The translations under genes and the position numbers were made by a program. From Monocercomonoides exilis PA203 (Eukaryota > Protista > Preaxostyla): a stretch of DNA of 64,000 nt. Below the pieces are notes generated by a model, which saw only the letters and a list, made by a program, of their open reading frames with translations, did not search any database and was not told the origin of the DNA. The DNA lies in contig LSRY02000008.1 of the NCBI GenBank assembly GCA_001643675.2, positions 1,898,415 through 1,962,414 of the forward strand, given 5' to 3'. Shown here one piece after another: positions 14,201-23,543 of this stretch (positions are counted from its first letter, which is position 1; each line of letters starts with the position of its first letter).

Positions 14201-14403
14201 CAACAAAATATAATTTATTCAAGTGATTAACAAGTCATACAGCAATCCAGGTGCTGAATGATGAACGAATGCATTGTCGATGTTTTCTCCCTCTAATTAT
14301 CTCATGCTCATCACGAGCACCAGACAGCGGCCATATAGTTAGAAATCAATTTCTTTTCTGCTCATTTGGCATATTAACAACAAGAATTGGCAAGGTTGTT
14401 GAG
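11235..14403. repeat. Dispersed ~3.2-kb segment with decayed opposite-strand remnants of related surface genes; copies at ~58275-61454 (direct) and ~48876-52057 (inverted)
   Basis: Shared translated fragments such as MRSxCGCDDSTLSKVVG and MNWSHQGQSREHFG at all three loci. Homology ends at caaggttgttgag (14403 / 61454). Confidence 0.85.
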
Positions 14404-16266
14404 TTGCAAAATTGACTATTCAGATTTCCCCTTTTTCTTGTCCAACCATCCAGTCGTGCAAACAACTCCAATTTCATATCCATTCAGATGCACATTCAAA
14501 CTGCGATCATAATTTTCTAACTTGTGAGATTGGTTCTTTTTCACTTCCGCTTGCTTCTTCTTCATCTCTTTCTTTCTGTTTCCATCTCTTTTCTCTCCAC
14601 GAACATTTCAAGCCCATTCACACTCCACGAGTGAATTTCCTCGCACATTCATCACCGCCGTTGAACACACCACATGCTCCACATTCTATCATGCACTCCA
14701 CAAAGCAGCTCCTTTGTACGTCACTTCTCTTTTCATTCAATCCACAAAACTTCATCATCATATCGCAAGCTCTTCAAAAGCCAACAACAATTTCATCCAC
14801 CAGAATCATCAGGAAATGGATAGAAATTCAATCACAACCGCAAGAAACTTCCACATTTCTGTTTCTTTTTTTGGACCGAACCAACAAACATTAACCCCAT
14901 TTTCTTAAACAAAAAATCAAAAACAAAATATAAGCAAGCCCAACTCCAAATCATTTCAATCATTCACAACACCAGAAGAATCTTTTAAGAAAAGATGAGT
15001 TGTTTTTTCTCACTTTCCTCTCTGCTCATCAATTTCGAGCTCCTTTGTTGAGTCTGCCCAAAACAAGCCATCTCTCATCATCTGTCCTATCAAAACACAC
15101 TCTTCCACACAACCATGAAGAACAACGCTCCTCCCCTTGCCAATCCACCAGACTTCTTTTCTCCTTTTCCGATCCATTATGGTGGAGATGACAAAGAAGG
15201 AGAAGCAAAACGGAGTGATGATAAAACACCTGATCATTTCTTGTCCAAACTGATGTTTCTGTTCCGATGCCTCAGATGCCAGATTCCCCAACAGCCATGC
15301 AAGGAAACCATCTTCATTCACACAAGAAAGACCGATTCGATTCCAAAGATGCCTCTTTCATGTGATTGAAGAAGGCAGAAATGATATTCTTTAATAAAAC
15401 GGAAGAAAATAATATAATTCAACAGAAACATTCATCCAGAACATCCATCAGTTCCTCTCAGACCACTTCCACAGAAGTTCAACATCAAAGAATTGGAAAG
15501 GTCTCCATCAAACAGAGCATAAACAAACAATTCTGGATTCAATTTTGAGGAATGCATTGCTCGAACAACTTCTTCATAAAAACATGTTCACCCAATTCTT
15601 TTTTGTGTGTCGATATTCTAATCACAACAATCATTAACTACAGTATAAAAATAAAAATAATAATAAAAATAAAAATAAAAATAAAAATAAAACAAGCAAA
15701 CAATATGGATAGAAATAATAAATGGTGAATTAAAAATTAAAGTTGATGAAGTGAAATGCAATGAGATGAAATAGTGAGTTTGTTTTATAATACTTATAAA
15801 ATGAATGCATATATAATGTATTTCATTCAAAAGCAATTTCATTACATATATATTACAGTTAAAAAAAAAAAGAAAAAAAAAATGAAATGCTACATAGTGA
15901 TGAAAGAGATGGCTTTTTCAAAACATTGGATAAAGCTTGGCACCCACTGTCTTGTGTTCAATAAAACATAGTGAAAATATATAGAATGAAAATGAAAATG
16001 ATTAAAATGAGGAATCAAATTGGCATAGTTATTTCAACTCTTCTCTTTCAGAACATGCAGCAAAAAGTTTGATTGGGAGGGTCTTTCATTTCACAATTGA
16101 ACAGATTTTCAAGGAGTAATACAATTCCATCAGTGCTTTTGCCAGTCGAAAGTTCTTTCATATTATTGTTCTTTCTGATTTCAGGGTTTCATTCTCCCCT
16201 CCCTCACATCCTCCTTCGTTTTCTGAAGCAACCACAACCATATTATCTGCCATATTCAATGCTGCA

Positions 16267-18840
16267 CTATCCCGCATCGAGCAACCCCATTTCAACAATA
16301 TCCCAAACAATTTCTGATTTATCTTTTCTTTTCTGATTTCTCTTTTTCTTTTTCTTCCTCCTCTTTTGCTTCTCTTCACCTTTCGAACTTTCCTCACCAT
16401 TCAAACATCCATCAACATCTGTCAATTTCCCCTCCTCTTCAAACCCTTCGCACTCTTTCATCATTTCTTCTCCTTCAGCTTCTTTAGAAACCCTCCTTCT
16501 TTTTTCTGGAGCTCCTCCAATTTCCTTCATCACACTTTCCTCCTCTTCTCTTTCTTCTTCCATCATCCTCTTCATCCCTTGCTCTTCTGAATCCTCTCCA
16601 ATCATCGAAAAATGGCTGTGTGGTGCTGAACATATCCCAATATAATATTCTGTCGGCTTTCCAGTTCTTCCATCATCTGCAGCTGCAACCCCACCCAACT
16701 CCTCCAATCCAATCTCACATCCTTCCCTCTCATCCCCAAATTCATCAGTCTCTTCCTCTTGCCTTCGTTTCTTCCCCTTCCTTCTCTTCCCCTTTTTCAT
16801 TTTTCCATCTCTTTTTCGCACATTCTCATCTTCCTTTCTTCTTGCTCCAGTCTCCGTTCCTTCTTCCTCTCCACCACCAAGAAGCGAAGCAACTGTTTGT
16901 ATTTCAACATAATTCACTGGCACCACCTCGATCACTCCCTCGCAATCAAATGAATTTTCAACCATTTCTTTGTTCTCACACACCTCCAGCTCTTCGCCTT
17001 TCTCTGATTGCACTCCCATCACATTTCCCGTTTCTCCTGTCAATAATGTTCGCATCTCTTCTTCCTCCTCTTCCTCCTCAACTCTTTCTGCAACATCTTC
17101 TTTTCTCCATTCCCCTCTCCCAATATTCTTTGATTCTTCAATATCTCCATCTTCAACTCTCCATCCATCTCTGTTCCGCTTCTTTCTCTGTTGCACAACA
17201 ACCACAACAATCACAAATAACAGAATTGCAACTATTACAATACACCCAATAAACGCAAACAAACTCCATTCCATTTTTTCCTCTCCTTTTGAAATAATTT
17301 CATCTCCTTTTGGTTCAGTCTCACTTTTGTTCTTCAGAATAAATGGCTGTGTCGATGAAGGAGATTCTGCATTCCCAAACAAAATAAACACACTCACCTC
17401 AACATCATTTCCACAACTGCTGATGAGATCTTTTGCAATACTTCCTTCAACTTTTCTTTCTGATAAGAATCCATTTGAAACAAAATCATGTTGTTCAATC
17501 TTTTTCTCTTCACCTTTGCTCTTCACAACTGAGAACGACAGATTGCACGGAACAAGAAGCATTCCTTTGAATGTCAGCTTCATTCTGTTTGCTTCTTCTT
17601 TTGCTTCCACACTTTCCAACACAGGAATGAAGAATGATGAATCCCTTTCTGAAGCAATCCCTTCAAACTTGCACCCTTCATTCAACATCCAAAGTGATGA
17701 ATTTGGCAAAACTCCATCTCCTCCTTTCAAACTCATCACATTCAATGTTCCTGAATCTGAACAGATGATATTTCTTCTCAACAATGGATATCCTTCAATT
17801 GATGGGTTGTTATTCAAAAATTCTCCTTTCTCAATATTCACATTCCCTCCGCTCACCCACAATCCTCCTGCCTTGCTGGCTCTGATTGTTGTTTCCCTCA
17901 TCACCACATTGCTGTTTTCAATGTCAACCAATGACCCATTCCATTTGCATAATTCATCTTTTCCCTTGTTTCCTTCGTTCACTGTCTCTGCTTCTTTCTC
18001 CTCTTTCTCTCCATCAAACGCACATGCCTCAACCTTCACTTCCTTGGATCGTCTTATCTGCATCATGCTTCCCTTCTCCACCGAATTCGCACATTTTCCA
18101 AACGAGCAGTTCAATGCGCTCGCTTCTTGCTCAGCATCTTCCACCGCAACAACACAGCTTTTTGATGCTACAGTCACATTCTCAATGACCATCACTTTCA
18201 TCACCACCTTCGCTTTCCCTCCAACACTCACAACATCTCCTTCACATTTGATGTTCAAAATGCTTGTTTCAAGCAGTGTCACATTCGATTTTTCATTGAA
18301 GGAAAGCAATGCTGTTGTTGAGTGCAAATCACTGAATGCTGTTTCCGATATCCTCAGCTCTCCGCTTTCCACGCCCACAACCGAACTGTTCAGCTTCATA
18401 TCAACCGTTGTTGCTGATGAGTAGAACTCGCATTTTTGGATCTCCATAGACCCGTTCTTCACTTTCATGATGTAGCTGTGAGAAGCCTCAAACGTATCTT
18501 CAAACTCGAATGAGCACCTCTCAACTGCGCTTTCATTTATAAACTCCATGATGCAATCCTTCTCTGCTGATTTCGCTATATCCGATTTCAGCTTCACAAT
18601 CGCCTGAGACTTTTTGTATGAGTTCACATTCAGATCTCCAATCGCACATTCCTTTGTCACAGTCCCTTCTCCGTCAATCAGAATCGCATTCATCACTCCT
18701 TGCTCAATGTGTTCAATCGCTTCGTTGATGCTGCTGCATGGATTGCTCTGAGCTCCGCATCGTCTGCCATCCTCCCCCAACCCATTCAAAAACACTTGAA
18801 GGCCTTTGAAGAATGTGATCCGAGGAATAACATCCATGTC
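16267..18840 (-). CDS. C-terminal part (857 aa) of the interrupted giant surface protein: last beta-helix module, TM helix and charged cytoplasmic tail
   Basis: ORF 16267..18876, whose first 12 codons are element-derived. Module-start motif FLNGLGEDGRRCGAQSNPCSSI. Hydrophobic WSLFAFIGCIVIVAILLFVIVVVVV (~17191-17268) is followed by QQRKKR and an E/K-rich tail. Confidence 0.88.
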   Translation of the reverse strand, partial: DMDVIPRITFFKGLQVFLNGLGEDGRRCGAQSNPCSSINEAIEHIEQGVMNAILIDGEGTVTKECAIGDLNVNSYKKSQAIVKLKSDIAKSAEKDCIMEFINESAVERCSFEFEDTFEASHSYIMKVKNGSMEIQKCEFYSSATTVDMKLNSSVVGVESGELRISETAFSDLHSTTALLSFNEKSNVTLLETSILNIKCEGDVVSVGGKAKVVMKVMVIENVTVASKSCVVAVEDAEQEASALNCSFGKCANSVEKGSMMQIRRSKEVKVEACAFDGEKEEKEAETVNEGNKGKDELCKWNGSLVDIENSNVVMRETTIRASKAGGLWVSGGNVNIEKGEFLNNNPSIEGYPLLRRNIICSDSGTLNVMSLKGGDGVLPNSSLWMLNEGCKFEGIASERDSSFFIPVLESVEAKEEANRMKLTFKGMLLVPCNLSFSVVKSKGEEKKIEQHDFVSNGFLSERKVEGSIAKDLISSCGNDVEVSVFILFGNAESPSSTQPFILKNKSETEPKGDEIISKGEEKMEWSLFAFIGCIVIVAILLFVIVVVVVQQRKKRNRDGWRVEDGDIEESKNIGRGEWRKEDVAERVEEEEEEEEMRTLLTGETGNVMGVQSEKGEELEVCENKEMVENSFDCEGVIEVVPVNYVEIQTVASLLGGGEEEGTETGARRKEDENVRKRDGKMKKGKRRKGKKRRQEEETDEFGDEREGCEIGLEELGGVAAADDGRTGKPTEYYIGICSAPHSHFSMIGEDSEEQGMKRMMEEEREEEESVMKEIGGAPEKRRRVSKEAEGEEMMKECEGFEEEGKLTDVDGCLNGEESSKGEEKQKRRKKKKKRNQKRKDKSEIVWDIVEMGLLDAG

Positions 18841-18943
18841 ATCAAAGCGCAAGCACTTTGATTTAAAAGAAAACATTCTCTCACTTCCTTCTCTTCTATT
18901 TACGAGAGATCATCACTTAAGGGTCAGTCACGATCACTGATCT
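18841..18943 (+). repeat. DIRS left terminus: unique 38-bp 5' end plus left ITR (18879-18943)
   Basis: 18879-18943 is the reverse complement of 23462-23525 apart from one short mismatch patch. 18841-18862 (ATCAAAGCGCAAGCACTTTGAT) is a hairpin. Confidence 0.92.
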
Positions 18944-18947
18944 AAAA

Positions 18948-19787
18948 ATGATGATCCCTAACAATCCTCTGGGAACAGGACTTGCGGCCGAACCGAGCGC
19001 AGCTGCGCTGCCTGGTGGTCCAACAAGCGGGTTTCCGACATTTCCCGGACCCTTTTCCGCTTCCCAACCTTCTTCTATTTCATCCTCACTCTCCCCACCT
19101 TCTACCACCCTTGGCGAAGAAAAAGAAGAAGAAATTACACTGGAAAATTCGTTTCTTAAAATATTTGGTAGAGCACCGGAATTATCGTTATATGATCTTC
19201 CATTACCGGAACAGGAGATAAATGACTTGGTTGCTTCGTTGAAGACAGAAGACTTATCCCCTTTCCTCCCTAATGCGCCTCCACCTTTTGTAAGGACTAC
19301 CAGTCCGTACAAAGACGCCTTAGATCAAGCAGGAGAAAGATGTGAGACGTTTCTTTACCCCGCAATGAAACTTATTTTATTTGCCCATACGAAAACAAAA
19401 GATGATGAAGCTCAGAGTGCCGTAGCGCAAGCATGTTTACTGCTTGCACAAGCCTTGAAAGAAGCCAGAAACGCTCGCATCCAAGCGAGATTTGGATTTA
19501 CCGAAGCAGCGAGAATGAAAGAGGATTCAGCATCACCGCTCCTAACGAAAAGGCAAAGTGATTTATTGGAAGAGGTCAGGAAAACCTCACAATCAACAGC
19601 GAAAAGATGGACTTCGTTCTCATTTAATTCCAAATCCTTTGGCAAAAGCAGATATGGAAAACATGAAAGCTACCAACGCCCTCGGTTTTTTCGTTCGGGT
19701 CCCCGGTCGTGGGCAGGGAGAAAAACCTCAAATACATACCGCAGAAGTCCTTCTCAAACGCGATCCAGGGGAACGGGAACCAACTAA
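18948..19787 (+). CDS. gag: DIRS ORF1, Gag-like protein (279 aa)
   Basis: First ORF after the left ITR: Pro/Ser-rich N-terminus, helical core and basic R/S/G-rich C-terminus. Assigned by position; no zinc knuckle seen. Confidence 0.75.
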   Translation: MMIPNNPLGTGLAAEPSAAALPGGPTSGFPTFPGPFSASQPSSISSSLSPPSTTLGEEKEEEITLENSFLKIFGRAPELSLYDLPLPEQEINDLVASLKTEDLSPFLPNAPPPFVRTTSPYKDALDQAGERCETFLYPAMKLILFAHTKTKDDEAQSAVAQACLLLAQALKEARNARIQARFGFTEAARMKEDSASPLLTKRQSDLLEEVRKTSQSTAKRWTSFSFNSKSFGKSRYGKHESYQRPRFFRSGPRSWAGRKTSNTYRRSPSQTRSRGTGTN

Positions 19788-22700
19788 GCCAGTCACCTTC
19801 AATTGTTGGAGGAAGAACGGAATATTTTCGAGAAGCGTGGAGAATGATAGATGGAGAGAAGTTGGTAAAAAGAGGCGTCATTCCAATTTGGAAAAACAGG
19901 ATAGCCAGGGAGAAATTACTAAACTCAAAAATGGAAACATACAGCCCCCATCAATCAGGGGAAGCAACCAAAGCGATGGCAAAGCTGATCCAGAATCAGC
20001 TCGAAACGAACATAATACAAAAAATACAGAAAAGAAAGGTGAAACATTTAAATCCAGTGTTTGTGATAAAGAAAAAACAAGGGGGATGGAGACAAATTAT
20101 CGATTGCAGAGCGTTGAACAATGCAACGAAGTCAATCCATTTCAAACTGGAGGATTACAGGTCACTAGAACGAATTATAACAAGAGGAGATTATGCAACA
20201 ACTTTAGACCTAAGCCAGGCCTACTATTTAGTGAAAGTGGACGACAACTTCAAGCCGTTTCTTGCGTTCGAATTCAACGAAAATTACTACTGTTTCAACG
20301 GAATGCCATTTGGATACAAAGATTCTCCAAGAATCTTTACAAAAATCATGAGGAAGGTGATACAATTCATCCGGGAGCAATGGAACGTAAGAGCAATCGC
20401 GTACCTCGACGATATTATTCTTCTTCACCAAGACCAAAAGAAATTAAAATGGATAACTCAGAAAGTCGTTTCTCTTTTCGAAAGCCTTGGTCTTCTGGTA
20501 AACACAGAAAAGAGTCATTTGATTCCCTCACAAACTTTCACCTATTTGGGTTTCGAGTGGAACACGCACCAGTTCAATGTAGCTCTGGAAATGATGAGAA
20601 CGAAAGAACTTATAAAGGAATGTACCAGATGGAGGAGGAGGTCCCTCAGAGCGAAAGAAGTGAGAGTAAGAGACCTTGCAGCGTTCATTGGAAAGCTGAA
20701 CGCTACAAGGTTCGTGGTTCGAGAAGCTTCTCTGTTTCTCTCAGATCTTTATCGCACTTTAAACAAAATGGTTTCGATGGTGGGATGGAGAGGGAAGATG
20801 AGGATCAACCAGTCCATTCTCCCCAATCTAACCAAATGGATATCGAGGTTGAAAACCAACACGCCAAGACAACTATGCCCACTCTTTCTTCCAGATGCAA
20901 CACTTACGACGGATGCTTCCAGAAAAGCTGTTGGAGCTTATTTAAGAATCGGAAACAGTATTTTGGATTTTCATCGCAGACTCCCCCTATTGGCAACGAA
21001 ATCAAAGTTCAAACTATCGGGAGATGTTCGCAATTTTGTCAGCTCTAACTCACTTCTCCCCAATTCTGTTATCCAATCGCATCCACAAACTACTTATCAG
21101 ATCGGACAACTCAACATCGGTGTTCAACCTGAACAGGTGGCGGGCAGGAGCGAATTTGAGAAGACTCCTATTGAAGATTTGGAAACAAACGCACACGATG
21201 CAGATTCAAGTGAAAGCGCAACACATCCCCGGTCAAAGAAACGAAAGGGCCGATTCTCTTTCCAGGCTAGAAAGGGGAGGCGACTATCAGATAAAGCAAG
21301 AATCCTACAAGGAGCTTGTAACGAAGATGAGATTGAACATAACGTTGGACGCTTTCGCCACAAAACAAAACAAGAAAGTGAGCAGATGGTGCGGGCCAGG
21401 AAGCCCGATAAACGAAGACGGTCTGCAGCAGCCTTGGCGAGGAGAGACAGTTCTTGCTCATCCTCCAATTCCTCTCATTCTTCCGACAATCAGGAAAATG
21501 ATTCTCGAACGAGCTCGAGGTCTTCTCCTTCTTCCCGATTGGAAGGGACAAATATGGGAGCCGTTGTTGAAAAGAACGACCCATATAGAATGGATGTGGA
21601 AGAGCCAGAGCGAACTTCTTACCCCGGGACCATGGATGAAGAGGATGGATGCTTGCCTGCCACCAGGGAAGCTTCGAGTTGTACTGATGAATCCTTAGCG
21701 ATCAATGGAGAACACTGGTTCAAAGGAGTTTTGCAAACAAGAGGATTTCCAATGGATATATGTGATCTGTGCAAATCCAGTCTTTCGCCTTCGACGTGGC
21801 ATGGGTACTTACTCAGTTATGCTCATTTCGGAGACCAGTGGACAAACTGCGGCTATGGTCTTTCTGTTGGAGATTGGTTCAATTGGGTCGTTAGATGTGC
21901 CGATGTTTTCCTTAAGCTTTTCAACAAGGGGCTGAAGGAGCAATCCCTTTGTAAAATACGATCTGCCATCTCTCTCATTTCTCAATTATTATTCGAGAGA
22001 AGTTTGGGAGATTACCCGCTTATGAAGCTTCTCTTCCGATCATTTAAAAGATTGGAAAGGAGGAAGAAGAAAAATAAGCCTGATATATGGAACCCCAAAA
22101 TACTTCTTGATTATATATCGGGGCTAGGCGAGAACGCGAACTTATCCTTCACTACTCTCACGAAGAAAACAATTTGTCTTTGCATGCTATTCTCCGCCTG
22201 CCGGTTCACCGAGCTCGAGCGGATCAGTCTGAAAACATTCTGCAGTGAGAGAAGATTCAATTGCATTGGATACTTCGCTGAAAACAGGACCCGAAAGAAC
22301 AGACATTATAATACCGTTTCTCACAGATACTCCTTCAATATGTCCTGCCTCAGCAGTGTGTGAATTGTGGTCCAGAATAAGCAAACTTCAAGACAACCCT
22401 GACCACTTGTTTATTAACGATCGCACAAAGATTCCACTTTCCGCAAGAGTGCTGAGAAAACTTGTTGCAAATCTCCTTCACGAGACAGGTATACCGAATT
22501 ATTTTGGTCCTTACTCGATAAAGCATGCTTCAATATCTGCATTGACAATGGCTGGACTACCAATAGCGCAAGTGGCAAAGTTCGCAAGGCTGTCTCCACG
22601 AAGCGATACCATTATTAATTACTATTTTCAAAAAGATATCGCCACATCCTGTGCGAAAGTGATTGCAGATCAAGCGGCTATTAATGCAACTTCCTCCCAG

Positions 22701-23129
22701 ACCCAGTCATCACCTTTAAGTCTGCAAACCCTTCGCAAACCAAAAATTACTTTTGATGACAATTCAAGTTCAGAAGATATTGAGGACTCTTCGTCAACTG
22801 ACGAAGAGCAAGATGAGGAGGACTACAGTCTGAACTCAAAGTCTGACAACATCGAGAGCGAAAAAGGAATCAGGATCAGGTTGGAAAAACCTAATCTGCA
22901 ATATGACAACAAAAGCCAAACGATCTACAACGACGAAGAAGAACCATCAAAGCCAGACTACGTGGAGGAGCCAGACGAGAACAGTCATAAAGAGTATGAA
23001 AGAAGGAATTTTCGTGAGAAAAGACTAGTTGGAGAAGTTGTCCAGAAGAAAACAATTGAGATAACAATTAAAACCAGAGCGCAAGCCAAACGTGAGCAAC
23101 TCGAACAATTGCTGAGGGATGACAAATAA
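19558..23129 (+). CDS. DIRS tyrosine recombinase ORF overlapping pol in another frame (~1189 aa after two 1-nt corrections; YR domain ~21700-22640)
   Basis: Pieces are 19558..21048, the distal part of 19709..22363, and 22245..23129. YR motifs SLSPSTWHGY, PDIWNPKILLDY, LFSACRFTEL, SLKTG, ICPASAV, GPYSIKHAS and DTIINYY, followed by an acidic tail. Confidence 0.88.
19709..21698 (+). CDS. pol: DIRS pol: reverse transcriptase - RNase H - N6-adenine methyltransferase-like domain (~660 aa after removing one C at 20983-20987)
   Basis: RT motifs WRQIIDCRALN, LDLSQAYY, GMPFGYKDSPRIF and AYLDDIIL. RNase H: TTDAS...SSNYREM...IRSDNST...HIPGQRNERADSLSR. MT: LDAFATKQN...LAHPPIPL...LLPDW. RNase H is split across frames (19709..22363 and 21024..21698). 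Confidence 0.92.
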
Positions 23130-23179
23130 GAGGTCAATCAAATAATAACAACAGCAGAGTATTCTCCCAATTATGGAAC

Positions 23180-23286
23180 TCTCTCGTAAATAGAAGAGAA
23201 GGAAGTGAGAGAATGTTTTCTTTTAAATCAAAGTGCTTGCGCTTTGATTGAAAAAGAAAATGTGAATCTCACTTCCCTTCTCTTCT
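23180..23286 (+). repeat. DIRS internal complementary region (ICR)
   Basis: 23180-23248 is the exact reverse complement of 18841-18909, and 23249-23276 is the reverse complement of 23516-23543. Together they spell the circle junction. Confidence 0.95.
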
Positions 23287-23461
23287 TCCCGCCTCGATAC
23301 ACTCCCACCCTTATTATAAACAGATTCTGTTAATGACCCATCTTCCTTCTTCTTCAGGCGTGATATGTAATGAGCGCCATAACATTGTTATGTTTTTTAA
23401 TGTTTCTATCCTTTTTAGCTATTTCACATCACCGTTGTAATCTATTACTATTTTGCATTTC

Positions 23462-23543
23462 AGATCAGTTGGGTGACTGACCCTTAAGTGATGATCTCTC
23501 GTAAATAGAAGAGAAGGAAGTGAGATTCACATTTTCTTTTTCA
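23462..23543 (+). repeat. DIRS right ITR (23462-23525) plus 18-bp 3' extension
   Basis: Inverted copy of the left ITR followed by unique TTCACATTTTCTTTTTCA, the standard DIRS1 terminal layout. Confidence 0.92.

Larger units (their letters stand above)
18841..23543 (+). mobile_element. Full-length DIRS1-type tyrosine-recombinase retrotransposon (4703 bp)
   Basis: ITRs at 18879-18943 / 23462-23525, ICR at 23180-23286, gag, RT (YLDD), RNase H, MT and YR domains. No TSD. Excision rejoins the host codons ...GNT|DMDVIP. Confidence 0.96.

Noticed and set aside
11993-15548. Numerous P/S/H/L-rich plus-strand ORFs (also 59322-60674 and 49631-51009)
   Set aside because: Antisense to decayed purine-rich gene remnants; frames are not conserved among the three copies.
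19709-22363. 884-aa ORF as a novel natural RT-recombinase fusion
   Set aside because: RNase H is cut mid-domain, and one homopolymer correction restores two standard DIRS ORFs, so the fusion results from a 1-nt indel.
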